Positions 11,716 through 22,849 of a DNA stretch of 64,000 nt are shown piece by piece. Below the pieces are notes generated by a model. That model was not told the origin of the DNA, did not search any database, and worked only from the letters and a program-made list of their open reading frames with translations. Numbering within the stretch: the first letter of the stretch is position 1; each line of letters starts with the position of its first letter. The translations under genes were made by a program, and so were the position numbers. The DNA is from a virus, in the IMG/VR virus record IMGVR_UViG_3300031951_000022, positions 32,001 through 96,000 of that record; one strand, 5' to 3'.

Positions 11716-12457
11716 TTAACTTTTACTTAAATTCCTAAGAGATTCACTATCTTCAGTCATTACTTTTTTGGCTATATTCATTTGATGCTCATAAGGATCA
11801 AATCCTGTTAATTGATAATAAAAATGAAATAATCGCTCAATTCTATTAGACGCATCATTCCATAACTTTTCGCCATCTTCACTACCGCCATCAATAGTAT
11901 CTCTATAATCTTGAATACAAGAAATAGCGATCATAATATCTTCAGCAAGAGTTGGTTTCATTTCTTTTTCCCATATTTTTTAAAGGTCGCATAAACGGTA
12001 ATACAAATAGCAATAGATTGAATAGCATACCAGAAGTATAATTCGTTCATTATCTCATTAAGACCCATACTTACCATCGCTAAATCCTTCTTTATAGCCG
12101 TCATCATATGCTGTTTCTATAACTATTCTGAGTAATGCCAACAATTCTTTAGGAATAGTTAAATTTTTGTTTCTTACAAATATTTGATTAATGTTGTGTT
12201 TTTCGATCCAATCGTCAAATTCTTTATTATTCATTTTTGGACAATTTCTTATAAGTTAATGGAGCAGGATGTTGTTTTCGTTCTGTGGCCGCAACTAATT
12301 CTCCGTCCTCGTTCATTACTGGTTTAGTTTTACCATTTTCTATAATTAGATGAAATGCCTCGCCAGTTTCAGTATCCGCCCAAACTACCCAATTTAATGG
12401 ATTACCATGAGCATCAAAAACAGAATATGAACAATGTTCGGGAACTTTAAGTATCAT
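11716..12457 (-). CDS. hypothetical proteins (11716-11961, 12227-12457)
   Basis: ORF track, co-directional. Confidence 0.6.
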
Positions 12458-12992
12458 TTTTCTCTGGTTGATTCACAAAAGTAATGAAATTCTCAAGATT
12501 TTGAATATAATCTACTAATTCTGGAATAGTATTTAAATATCCATGTCTAATAACAGCACTATACATATTAATGTTCTTCGCCCCTTCAATATCTCCAAAT
12601 TTTGGATTAGCAGTAACCATCAATGTTTCTGTTGGCTTAAAATTTGTGTCTGTTTCTATGGTCTTATAAGCATCAAAATGAGGTTTGTAAACTTTGTGTT
12701 TATTTAAGTTAATAATATAGTTCCAATAAATATTATTAGATTCTGATATGGTTTTAATTAAATCATAAGAACCATTGCTTAATGCTAAACAATAATATCC
12801 ATTATCTTGCAAGAGTTTTATTCCTGCTGCACTATCTTCGTGGGCCGTTAAAGCATACCAACTATTAGGGAAAGAGTATGGAGAAAAATCTTTTTTATTT
12901 ACATGATCTACATAGTCTTGTATTTCTTGTCTGGATATGTTCCTCATATCAAAAACAGTACCAAAACAATCAAAAGCAATACATTTAATCAT
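12447..12992 (-). CDS. HAD-superfamily hydrolase (haloacid dehalogenase type II-like)
   Basis: AFDCFGTVFD, ALSNG, YKP, DIEGA motifs. Confidence 0.8.
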   Translation of the reverse strand: MIKCIAFDCFGTVFDMRNISRQEIQDYVDHVNKKDFSPYSFPNSWYALTAHEDSAAGIKLLQDNGYYCLALSNGSYDLIKTISESNNIYWNYIINLNKHKVYKPHFDAYKTIETDTNFKPTETLMVTANPKFGDIEGAKNINMYSAVIRHGYLNTIPELVDYIQNLENFITFVNQPEKNDT

Positions 12993-15900
12993 TTCTTTTC
13001 TCCGATAATACTATACAAAAAATCGGCCAATCCCTTAATTTGCTTGTTTCCATAGACAAATATTATTTTAGAATCACTATCATAGTGAGATAGTTCTATA
13101 ACGTGTTCATCAAAATGAGATTTAACTATAATTTTAATTTTATTATCTTGATCTTGATAGTAACCTGTTTCTGGACTATTCATGCTCAATTTTCCAAATT
13201 ATATTATGAAATGTTTTTTCTCCGTCCACGGCAGGATAACAATAGATCATAACCATAAATAAAGAACCGCCAAAATATAAAAATGTCATATCTCCAGTAA
13301 TATCAATCATTGGTTAATAATCCTTTTGGTCATACAGTTCTGGGTATTCTTTGGTTAGTTTGTCTCTAGGATCAAAGTCTTGATTAAATTCTTCACAAAC
13401 AAAAGCATAAAATTCATATCCTTCATATTCACTCTCTTGATAACGTCCCTGCTCTTTATCGTATTTAACAACAAGTTCTTTTAGTTTATTTAGAAAATCG
13501 GTTTGTTCAGCAGTTTTTCTAACTTTTTCTTTGTGAAGTTCTAATTCTTCTTGGGTTAATTGGTAAAAATAAATATCTGCCTCTTCTCTAATTTTGTCGG
13601 CTATTGCACTATTTAGTTCTTCATCACTCATAGAGTATAATAGTTTCCAACATTCATACAATTTATCTAAATTAGTCATTTCTTTTTCCCTATTATACAA
13701 TTTTAATATGCAGATATAACCATGAGATTATTTCAATAATTTTCCAAATACCAACAATAGACAATACAAACATAATAGCGAGTGGAAGTATCAGTCCTTT
13801 AAAATTAATATCAATCATTTATTTCTCCAACTATCATATATAATAGGTTGACCATTTTCATCTTGACCAATAATTGGCCTAGTATGACTCCAACCTTCTT
13901 TTGGTTTCTTGTCTCTAATAAAGTTGAAACAATCTTTTAGATTTTCCTTACTAAAAGACATAATATCATTTACATATTTAGTCAAATTTTGACTACCATC
14001 TTCAGTATAAATATTCCAATCGTTCTCCTTCATCCAGTTATTATATGCAATATGTGCAGATCTACTACTTTTAAAGCTATCAATCAATCTAAACTCAAAA
14101 ATATCAATTCGTCTAATAATATCTTGTCCATAAACCAATTCGTTGCCTTGTGGTTTTCCATATTTCTGATTATATGTCATTTACATTTTCCTTTTGTCTC
14201 AATCATATCGTCTACAATAACTTGATTGCATTTATATCCACACAAATAATGATGATTATTAGCCAGAACTATTTTTCGCCATGTACTCTGAAATGCTTCT
14301 GGATTTTCACTAATCCAAGCACGATAAATTTCACAGGCTTTTTTAACTGTGTCAAATTGATCAACTATCCAAAATTGAGTGGTGATATTTTCTTTTTCGA
14401 TTTGTCTTAAAATATAGTTTCCATACAGAAACTCATTACCTTGTGGTTGGCCGTATTTTTCAGTAAGAGTTAGATTCATTTTTCTTTCCATGACATTGAA
14501 TTACTCCAAATTCATCAACATAACAATTGTCTAATGATTTTGTTCTTTCCACTAATTTTTCAATTCCACCAACCGGCCCGTCTACTATTTCTTTCATGAT
14601 TTTATTACATTCAATAATACTGTTATAAAGAATCATGATCTCTTCATATTTATCGTCTGGTATTGAGCCAAGAGGTAATGGAATTATACCCAATCTTTGC
14701 AAATTGTCAAGTTGTTCCTGTAAGATTGTTTTGATATCGTCAATATCTTCGTTAGTCATTATTTTTTTCCAGTTTTTTCATATCTTCTTTTAGTCTTTTA
14801 TGAAAACATTCTTCTCCATCATCATCAGAAAGTAGCCAATCAATCCTTTGAGCATAAATGGCTGCTTTTTTAATAAGATTAACGGCATTACGAAATTCTA
14901 CAATTGTAAGAGGATCTTTAAAATCCCACTGAAGATTATCGTCCCATTCTGATTTTTTCTTATTTTCATAATCCAGAATAACTTGTTCAATACTATCAGC
15001 GATAGCATTTAGTTCATATTGTTTGTAATCAAAATATCCACCGCTCATAAGTTTTTCTCCAAAAAGAATTTAGTCATTATTGATTTTCCTTCATCCATTC
15101 ATAGAAAGCCTTGTTCGCATCAAGATAGTTATCGAAATAGGCCACCTTTTTAAATCTATGCACTCCAACCATTCTGAGAATTAAACGTCCCCAAATCAAT
15201 TCATTGCCTTCTGGCTTGCCCCACATTTCAGTATACTTCATTCTACTTCCCAACTTTCAATTTCCATATCATAATATCCATTACGATAGTACGAAGTATC
15301 ACCATAGCGTTCTCTTTTACCTTTAGCCAATTTATTATCAGATACAAACTTTGTTGCATCACTAAAGTCTGAGAATACTTGTACAATTTCCTTATCTGGA
15401 TGGGGCAAAAACGGCCCACCTATTTCATCTTGAAAAACATTTTCTTTTGTGCCAATAACAATATAAACTATCATTTCTTTTCTCTAATAGTTTCCCACGA
15501 ACAATTTGGAGGCATAAGTTCTGGTTCTGAAAATGTTATTTTTGTAACCCTAATATTTTCATCAAACACAACAGCAGGGCCAGTAAAAGTAGCCTTTATA
15601 GTATTATTAAATTCTAATGTCACAGACTGTATCATGCTATTTGTTTTTATAGTTTTAATTTCCTTATTAAGTTTATTTATCACTATATCAGGCTCAAGAA
15701 TACTATCTTCTATTTGTTGTTTAGAAAATTTCATTATTTTTTGCAATGGTTTTGATTAATTTTATTGCTTCTATTAAAGTTGCATTTTCACAATCCCTTT
15801 TACAAAAAGAACTGTGACTTTGACCACAAGGCCCAGTACAGTTTATTTTACGCAATTCTTCTAGTCTGTCAACTAATGGTTTTTTAAGCCATTCGGCGGG

Positions 15901-16458
15901 ATTGTTGTATATTGTATTCATTTCTTTTCCTCAATAGTTTCCTTTAACAAACTAATAGCCGTTTCTAAAAATGAATAATAATCGGCCAATCCCCAACTAT
16001 CCTCATTAAACATAGAACGATAGTCTGTTAAAAATTCTTTAATATTATTTTCAAGTTGAATGTTCATTATTTTGCTCCAGCATATTATTCAAATATTTAG
16101 CTAAATTTTCCACATCAGTTTCAGTCCAAGAATAAAAATTTACATTAATAGTGCGACTGTTACCAAAATGCTCAATATCCAGTTGATAACTTTCCAGAGC
16201 GTCAAGAATTAGACCAACCTCATGCTTATCAAGATTAATATTCATTAGTTTTCATTTCTTTTGATTTGTGGTTTATTTGCCACTAAAGGCTATTTGATTT
16301 CTTGGTTCAGTGGGTTTTTTACCACCTATTTGTCTTAAAAGAATATGAGCATTAGTATAATTTGGGTCATTTTTAGACCGTTTTTCTACCAAATACCATC
16401 CTAGAACTTGTTGTAAAAGTTCCATTTCACTATCGGTCAAAAGAATAGATTTATACAT
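12989..16458 (-). CDS. run of small hypothetical proteins, including three KYG.P.GNE paralogs (13815-14180, 14177-14491, 15077-15241) and 15238-15474 (paralog of 6513-6749)
   Basis: Packed ORFs with shared N-terminal motifs. Confidence 0.65.
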
Positions 16459-17001
16459 TTTTCCCCTAGAATAATCAACTTCACCATATTACTACTAGTA
16501 GCAGTATATCCTATGGGTAGTAGGTTGTCAATGGGGATTATCGGTCATTTCCCGCAGTGGTCTTTAATTAGTTTTTTCACCACGGGTAATAGCGATAAGT
16601 TAAAACGGCGAAAATAAAGGCGAAAGTTAATGCTAAAACTTAATCAGCGTTCGCTTTTGGTGGAAATGTCAGATGGAAATGTGGTAAAAGCTTGGTTTTT
16701 ATAGGGGGTTGAATATAATTTCTGAACAAAATATGGCACAGAAAGCATTGAAACTATGGTGCAGAGAGTGATAAATATCAGTGAATTGATAAAAGGCTGA
16801 TGAAATTGTCTCATTTTGTATTTTCCCCTTTTACTATAAAGTAGGTGGCTATGGTGCAGAAAATGTATGTGGATAGTAGTATGATGTAGAATGTTGTTTC
16901 AGTCATGACCATATTCATTATATAAAAAGATATAACATAAACCAAAAAATGCTAAACAGACCGGGAAAATTATGTGACTATATTGATGCAAATATCCTAA
17001 G

Positions 17002-19122
17002 TTATGGTGAGCCATAATATTTCATGATTCTGTATAGTAGTGTTAGTGATATTACTATTGTTGATCCAATTATAAATCCCCTAGTAAATTCATCGTGAAT
17101 TAATGTGGGGCAAAGCGGCCTATTGACAATACTAGATAGAAGTGGTATAATACCATTCATCAGTCCAATCCCATTAGTTCCTTTAGTCTTTTCCACATAG
17201 ACTTGGAGGGAATAGTATTAATATCAGTTGAAGGAATGACCGGAGTTGGTTCGCCACAAACCTTTTCTCTAGAGCATTTCCTTGCACAACTTTTCTTAGT
17301 ACTAGATTTTACTTTTTTCTTAACGGGCTTAATTTTTTTCTTTGCCATATTTCTCACTGACTGTTCTCATAATTCAAATCTATTATATTAGGTGAGACTA
17401 TCGCCTTGGTATGTTATTTTAGGTAAAGGGTTATCTTCAGCATAGTCTGATACTTTTTGTAACTTGACCACTAGAAGTAAACTATCTTTTTCTTCATTAG
17501 GCACTGATCCTACTAGTCTTACTATGTCTGAAAATAATTTTCCGGGGTTAATATCTAGAGTTTGTAATTTATAATAAACCATAAAATCTCGCTGACTACG
17601 ATCAAAAAAATCAAACCCGACAAGATAGGCTGAGACAATCCCATGACCTATCTTACCGGGCCTATAAAATTTACTAACTATAAGTTAAGGAAAAATTCAC
17701 TATCCGGAGTTTTCCACTTATGAATTTTGGGTAGTTTAATAGCTTTAGTTATTCTACCCCTATTGTCTTTGTGGTGAGCTATAATATGAATTTTACCATC
17801 TTCATTTCTAAAGCTCCAATTGTAGTTTCTAATTATGTTTTCGGGACTAGTTTCATTATCATATATCTCACCCATTATATGAAATGTAATAACCCGATTA
17901 AATAGTCTAGGCATTGGTGGCCTCCTCTATTAATTCTTCGATATGAATATCGCTCATTAACATAGGATCACGCCGCATAATTTCATACTCTAATTCTTCA
18001 TTAGACATATAGTGCTTATCTTGCATCAAGCATTCTTTTAGTCTGCTTTTTATATCCAAAAAATGCATACCACCAACTATATCATCAACATATCTTTCAA
18101 TAACATAATCACGGTTGAAACTATCAATCTTATACATAGGTCACCTCATAGAAAAGTTAAAAAATACTCATCTATGATTCCAATTGTTCCCCATCGCCAC
18201 AACGGGTAACTATCGGCTCCGTAGTTATATTGTATTTTACTTGACGAGATGAAGAGGTCAAATCTTTTTTCTTATGTTGTCATCTTAATCCTATTCATGG
18301 TGGTGGTTAAAGTGGTGTTCGTGATGACCCGTGAATTTTAAAAAAATGTCCTATAAGTTGACCAGTAAGCCTTAGGAGTGGTTTTATGATTCTCAAGAGC
18401 CTTCAACTCTCGCTGACTATGTCCAACCAGGCGAATCCGGCGGATGGGCTGAGACAATTAGTTAAAGTTTTCTAAGAACTTAAGTTGTATTTAACAAAAA
18501 GTTTTGGGCTTGACAGCACTAGATGAGAGATTATATATTATGCAGAGGGGGCATTAATCATTACTTAGTTATTTATATCTCTTACTCCTAGTATAACTCC
18601 TAAGATTCCACTCAGAGCAAAAGTAATAGTTAGCATAAGAATCCTTTAAGAATGAACAAACTGGACAACCAACTTCCCCATTGTACCATAAAACAGACAG
18701 TACGCAACCCCAAGCGCCACAAGGAGTTGTAAACTGTCAAGAAGTTTGATACAGTCCAATAGTGATATTATCATCCCTATAGACATCACCAAATTCAAAA
18801 TCGGGCATTTCTATATTAGGATCAAATTCAGTAATAAATTCTCTTGCATAAGCCACAGCATCAGAAGAATTATTGAATACTTTAACTTGAGCAACACTAT
18901 TATCTTGACAATAAACAAAAGCCCACATGTTTAGTCCTCCAGAATATCAGGATAGTATTCTTTAATTTCTTTCTGTAAATCCCCAATACTCATATTCTCC
19001 TTATTCTCAACCAACATACTATAAGCAAAAGAGTACAGAGTATCAAAGTCCATATCTTCTAAGAGTCTTGAAGCATACACACGAACAATATCAGTAATAT
19101 TATCTTCAGTTATTTTAATCAT
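17002..19122 (-). CDS. small hypothetical proteins (17002-17159 region, 17160-17357, 17388-17582, 17678-17914, 17907-18137, 18737-18928, 18931-~19122)
   Basis: ORF track; several have RBS-like sequences. Confidence 0.55.
17587..17638. repeat. family-2 repeat copy 1 (TCTCGCTGACTA...GGCTGAGACAA)
   Basis: Four copies, at 17587, 18408, 19210 and 28856. Confidence 0.8.
18408..18457. repeat. family-2 repeat copy 2
   Basis: tctcgctgacta..gcgaatccggcggatgggctgagacaa. Confidence 0.85.
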
Positions 19123-19209
19123 CTCAACCTTTCCTTTCTCTGCACCACCACTATACCATATCGTCCTACAGTATACAAGACCTTTAGTAAAACTCAAATG
19201 CCCCAATAT

Positions 19210-19258
19210 TCTCGCTGACTATCTTCAAATTGCGAATCCGTAGGATGGGGTGCGACAA
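19210..19258. repeat. family-2 repeat copy 3
   Basis: tctcgctgacta..gcgaatccgtaggatggggtgcgacaa. Confidence 0.85.
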
Positions 19259-19421
19259 CAATAACTGTTAACTTTTTATATTGGGTTAGGATTATATCAT
19301 TCGTCATAAGTCTTTTCATAATTTCACCTAAACCCTTGACAGCACTACACTTACACCTCATTGTATCGTCACTTACAGCAAGAGTCTATAGCGTAAGTGT
19401 GAGATTCTTTGACAAAATTGA

Positions 19422-19503
19422 CGTAAGTGGTTGTCAGAATTAAACTTACGACAAAATCCGGCGGCCCCGCCCGCCATAAGTCCCCTTGGGCAAAGGACTT
19501 ACG
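19422..19503. repeat. double-palindrome element copy 1
   Basis: CGTAAGTGGTT-N7-TTAAACTTACG, 24 bp GC spacer, CATAAGTCCCC-N7-AAGGACTTACG; a lone palindrome also lies at 19328-19356. Confidence 0.9.
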
Positions 19504-19533
19504 ACGAGTTTCGGGGTCTCGATTTTACGCTAT

Positions 19534-20487
19534 TCAGACCGCATTAGCAAAATCCATAGCGATATTTAGTGCCTTGAGATTATCGTTGGCATTTTGACCG
19601 AACCATAGAGAGTCGAGCCGATTATCGGTCGTGCGACCTTTACTGTAGTTAAGATATTCATTAAAGCCATTGTAAGCAGCCCACCAAGTTCCACGAACAT
19701 TAGTAGCAGCTTGCTTCGGCCCTTCGACGCGAGACAGAATATCATCCATGATATTGCGGGTACGAGTCTTAATATCTTCATCAACCGTCTTGTCGATACC
19801 AAGTACCATCTTAACGTACTTCTTAATATCGTTCTGATTAAAGTTCTTAGAAGCGAGGAATCGGAACTGTTCTGCCGTAGCTTCAAACTCGGCATTAATA
19901 TTGTCCATAATATCACGCACGTTATCCAGATTATTTTTACTGGAGCGAGTGTGACGAATACGAATCAGTTTACTAGCCTTGTTATGATGAGCAGCAGCCA
20001 GAGTGTTGACACAGACCACACGAATCGGAGTATATCCGACACGAATAGCCGTTGTACCATCATGGCTATTACTCAGCAGGATAAACTTACAAACTTCATC
20101 ACCCTTAACAATTTCGCTATTGTCTCGGTTGAGTTGAGCAAGAACCCAAACTTTCTGACCGCTATGGAGCGAACCGGCAGTATGCAGATTGCACTCGCCA
20201 GCGTCAAGAAACGGCTGAAACCAATCAAAAGCATCCTGATTCTGGAGGGGCGTATAACGAGGCCCAACAACCCCAAGGATGCTATTATCAGTCTTGCGGT
20301 ATGTAGCACGGTGCGATACGTGAATACCGTCAACGGTTTGCAAATCCTTCAAGCCTACTTCCCAATCCAGACCGGCAGCAGTAATAGCTTCGCTAATCGT
20401 GGGGGCTTCATCCAACTGATTGCCAAGGCCATGCCAAGGGGTAGCACCAACAAACATCATTTTTTCAACAGCAGCAGGCATAATCAA
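19534..20487 (-). CDS. DUF932 family phage/plasmid protein
   Basis: PWHGLG, AGLDWEV, Y.PLQN..AF, LLSNSHDG, TPIRVVCVNTL, GTWWAAYN motifs. Confidence 0.88.
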   Translation of the reverse strand: MIMPAAVEKMMFVGATPWHGLGNQLDEAPTISEAITAAGLDWEVGLKDLQTVDGIHVSHRATYRKTDNSILGVVGPRYTPLQNQDAFDWFQPFLDAGECNLHTAGSLHSGQKVWVLAQLNRDNSEIVKGDEVCKFILLSNSHDGTTAIRVGYTPIRVVCVNTLAAAHHNKASKLIRIRHTRSSKNNLDNVRDIMDNINAEFEATAEQFRFLASKNFNQNDIKKYVKMVLGIDKTVDEDIKTRTRNIMDDILSRVEGPKQAATNVRGTWWAAYNGFNEYLNYSKGRTTDNRLDSLWFGQNANDNLKALNIAMDFANAV

Positions 20488-20526
20488 CCCTTTCGTGTTA
20501 TCTACTTTCGTTCTTCCGATACTCTG

Positions 20527-20567
20527 ATTCTACTATATCTTATCGGCGTGTCAAGAGGAAAACTTGC
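20527..20567 (-). promoter_or_regulatory. nested sigma70-type (TTGACA-N16-TAGAAT) and sigma28-type (GCAA-N16-GCCGATAA) promoter; representative of ~15 similar sites
   Basis: Minus strand gcaagttttcctcTTGACAcGCCGATAAgatatagTAGAAT. Confidence 0.7.
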
Positions 20568-20581
20568 GAAAAAAATCTCGT

Positions 20582-20663
20582 CGTAAGTGGTTGAAAATAC
20601 TGGACTTACGACTTGCCGGCCCCGCCGCCTTGCTCCTAACCCTTTGGGGCGTAAGGGTTTAGG
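20582..20663. repeat. double-palindrome element copy 2
   Basis: 20582-20610 + 24 bp + 20635-20663. Confidence 0.9.
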
Positions 20664-21151
20664 AGGCTCATGTTGTAGTCTTTTTCAAATAATTTGATAT
20701 TTTTTAATGTATAAGCACATTCATCTGGGATATAACAATAAAGTCCTACACACCTTGCCCTTTCATATTCGCGTGAGATAGTCCGGTTAATATGCCTAAG
20801 AGTATCGCCACTACATATAAGATCATCAAGGATGATATACCTAAAAGGTGCAACTCCCTCCATAGTGAATTCTGAATATCTTTTTTCTGAATCTTTTCTA
20901 ACAATCAGAATATGTTTATCCAGCAGTTCCGCCACTTGTGGAACAACCATGAGGCCACTGGTACCACAACAAGCAATAGTATCAAACTGATTAGAGATTT
21001 TTCTTAAATCACATACAGCTTTGATAATAATCTTATTACGTTCCCGATGATTTAATACTCTGCAAGTATGGTCAGCTCCTTGAATATACTGTCCGTCGTT
21101 TGTTTTACGGAAGTCTTCAACATCGTGCCAATTTTTAGTGATATCTTGCAT
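20636..21151 (-). CDS. type I phosphoribosyltransferase
   Basis: PRPP-binding motif YIILDDLICSGDT; G.SG...A......IVRK. Confidence 0.82.
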   Translation of the reverse strand: MQDITKNWHDVEDFRKTNDGQYIQGADHTCRVLNHRERNKIIIKAVCDLRKISNQFDTIACCGTSGLMVVPQVAELLDKHILIVRKDSEKRYSEFTMEGVAPFRYIILDDLICSGDTLRHINRTISREYERARCVGLYCYIPDECAYTLKNIKLFEKDYNMSLLNPYAPKG

Positions 21152-21157
21152 AGTTAA

Positions 21158-21248
21158 AGCGGACGATACGATTCGAACGTACTAATGAAAAGAAGGAGAA
21201 AGGAGTTTTCCTTATAAAGAATTACTTGTCCCACCAAGCTGCGTCCGC
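21158..21248 (-). ncRNA. tRNA-like RNA with a degenerate anticodon arm and a pyrimidine-rich (CUCCUU x2) insert
   Basis: Acceptor GCGGACG/CGUCCGC, D-like GCUUG/CAAGU, T arm GUACG-UUCGAAU-CGUAU. Confidence 0.65.
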
Positions 21249-21260
21249 CGAGGAGAAAGA

Positions 21261-21416
21261 CTACTCATCTACCAATTCATCTGCAATGTTATGATAATAA
21301 TTATCCCATTCTGGAGTACTGTCTACGACATCAGTATCATCTTCATATAAATATAAATCGTCATAGTTGGATGCAAGATTATCGTAATCATGATCGTATT
21401 CGTCGTAGTAACTCAT
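21261..21416 (-). CDS. 51 aa highly acidic/aromatic protein
   Basis: MSYYDEYDHDYDNLASNYDDLYLYEDD...; RBS AGGAGA upstream; below the ORF-track size cut-off. Confidence 0.65.
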   Translation of the reverse strand: MSYYDEYDHDYDNLASNYDDLYLYEDDTDVVDSTPEWDNYYHNIADELVDE

Positions 21417-21464
21417 AACATCTCCTATAAACCTATCTTACACCATCTAGAGAAACTTGTCAAG

Positions 21465-21537
21465 TGGGCCCCCAGGGACTCGAACCCTGAACCTAAGAGT
21501 TAAAAGCTCCTTGCTCTGCCAATTGAGCTAGAGGCCC
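21465..21537 (-). tRNA. tRNA-Lys(UUU)
   Basis: Cloverleaf; anticodon loop CU-UUU-AA. Confidence 0.93.
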
Positions 21538-21759
21538 GAACCTTATTCTACAACAGAGTAACTATAACTATCCACATCATCCATATAAGCAGCCTGTACC
21601 CTGTCAAATACATCCATATAATTAAAGTCAAGACTATCCATAGATATAATCAAATCGGTCAAACTCTGTCCTTCACTATTAAGAATATCATAGATATGAA
21701 CATTCTTCATCTATTCTCTCCTTTTTGATTATCATACCGTGTCCGAATCATTCTGTCAA

Positions 21760-21831
21760 TAGCCCTATGGAGAATCGAACTCCAATCTCCACCTTGAAAG
21801 GGTGGCGTCATAGCCATTAGACTATAGGGCC
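21760..21831 (-). tRNA. tRNA-Glu(UUC)
   Basis: CCACC-CUUUCAA-GGUGG anticodon arm. Confidence 0.93.
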
Positions 21832-21865
21832 ACAAACCATCGTAACTCTAACGTCAGCCTCCGAA

Positions 21866-21939
21866 TAGGGCGTGTAGGAGTCGAACCTACCTTTTGAATA
21901 CCTTATAAGAGTATGTGCAACTACCGGCTGCAACGCCCC
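21866..21939 (-). tRNA. tRNA-Ile(UAU)
   Basis: AUACU-CUUAUAA-GGUAU anticodon arm; T loop UUCGACU. Confidence 0.85.
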
Positions 21940-21991
21940 ATGTTTCTTAGATCATACTCTCTTTATCGGCTGTTGTCAACTACTTCTTTAG

Positions 21992-22078
21992 CGGAATCTG
22001 AGGGATTCGAACCCCCGGAGGATTTTAACCCTCGGCGGTTTAGTAAACCGCTGCCTTAAACCACTCGGCCAAGATTCC
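21992..22078 (-). tRNA. tRNA-Ser(ACU), long variable arm
   Basis: GCGGU-UUACUAA-ACCGC; class II variable arm; G73. Confidence 0.88.
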
Positions 22079-22080
22079 AA

Positions 22081-22151
22081 CAAAGGCGGAAGGAATCGAA
22101 CCTTCATCTACGGTTTTGGAGACCGTCATTCTACCGTTGAACTACGCCAAT
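22081..22151 (-). tRNA. tRNA-Trp(CCA)
   Basis: ACGGU-CUCCAAA-ACCGU; two U-U mismatches in the acceptor stem. Confidence 0.82.
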
Positions 22152-22154
22152 AAA

Positions 22155-22226
22155 CTGCCCGACTAGGACTCGAACCTAGAACCTACAAATTAACAGTTTG
22201 CCGCACTACCATTGTGCTATCGGGCA
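22155..22226 (-). tRNA. tRNA-Asn(GUU)
   Basis: GCAAA-CUGUUAA-UUUGU; U1-A72. Confidence 0.92.
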
Positions 22227-22294
22227 ATAACTTGGTGTATAAAATGGTAACACACCATACAAGTATACACCTATTCTACCAAAAGGATTCATAA

Positions 22295-22801
22295 ATGCAA
22301 GCCAAACCAAGAAAAAATCGTAGTAAAATATGGTCAATGCCAGTAGATGATTTTAAATTATTAGTATCACAAAGTTCTACAATAGGCGAAATTTTATCAT
22401 ATTTTAAATTACGAAATAAAGGAGGTAATAGTAATACAGTTAAAAGACGTATTAAATATGAAAATATTGATATATCTCATATAAAACTTGGTAAAGGGTC
22501 CAATAAAGGTAGAACATTTAAACCCCGAAGATCCAATCAAGAACTTTTTACAAAAACATCTAATGCTCAAAACAAAGATCTAAAAAAGAGAATCTTAAAA
22601 GATAAACTATTACCATACCAATGTGAGTGTGGTTTATCACATACATGGAATAATAAACCATTAATATTACAACTAGATCATATCAATGGAAATCCACAAG
22701 ATAATAGGCTATCAAATTTACGATTTCTATGCCCAAACTGTCACAGTCAAACAGAAACATATGCTTCAAAAACTAGATGCCCGGCTAGGAGTCGAACCTA
22801 G
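22295..22801 (+). CDS. HNH homing endonuclease inserted in the tRNA cluster
   Basis: LQLDHINGNPQDNRLSNLRFLCPNCHSQT. Confidence 0.9.
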   Translation: MQAKPRKNRSKIWSMPVDDFKLLVSQSSTIGEILSYFKLRNKGGNSNTVKRRIKYENIDISHIKLGKGSNKGRTFKPRRSNQELFTKTSNAQNKDLKKRILKDKLLPYQCECGLSHTWNNKPLILQLDHINGNPQDNRLSNLRFLCPNCHSQTETYASKTRCPARSRT

Positions 22802-22849
22802 AACCCGCTGGTCCAAAGCCAGCTGCTCTACCAATTAAGCTACCGGGCA
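22777..22849 (-). tRNA. tRNA-Gln(UUG)
   Basis: GCUGG-CUUUGGA-CCAGC; U1-A72. Confidence 0.92.

Noticed and set aside
16460-17000. Replication origin in an apparent ORF gap (ctatggtgcaga occurs twice)
   Set aside because: The gap largely translates as tiny hydrophobic minus-strand ORFs, and no iteron array or DnaA-box cluster is evident.
19711-20586. 291 aa plus-strand ORF
   Set aside because: Antisense shadow of the DUF932 gene, with no motifs or RBS.
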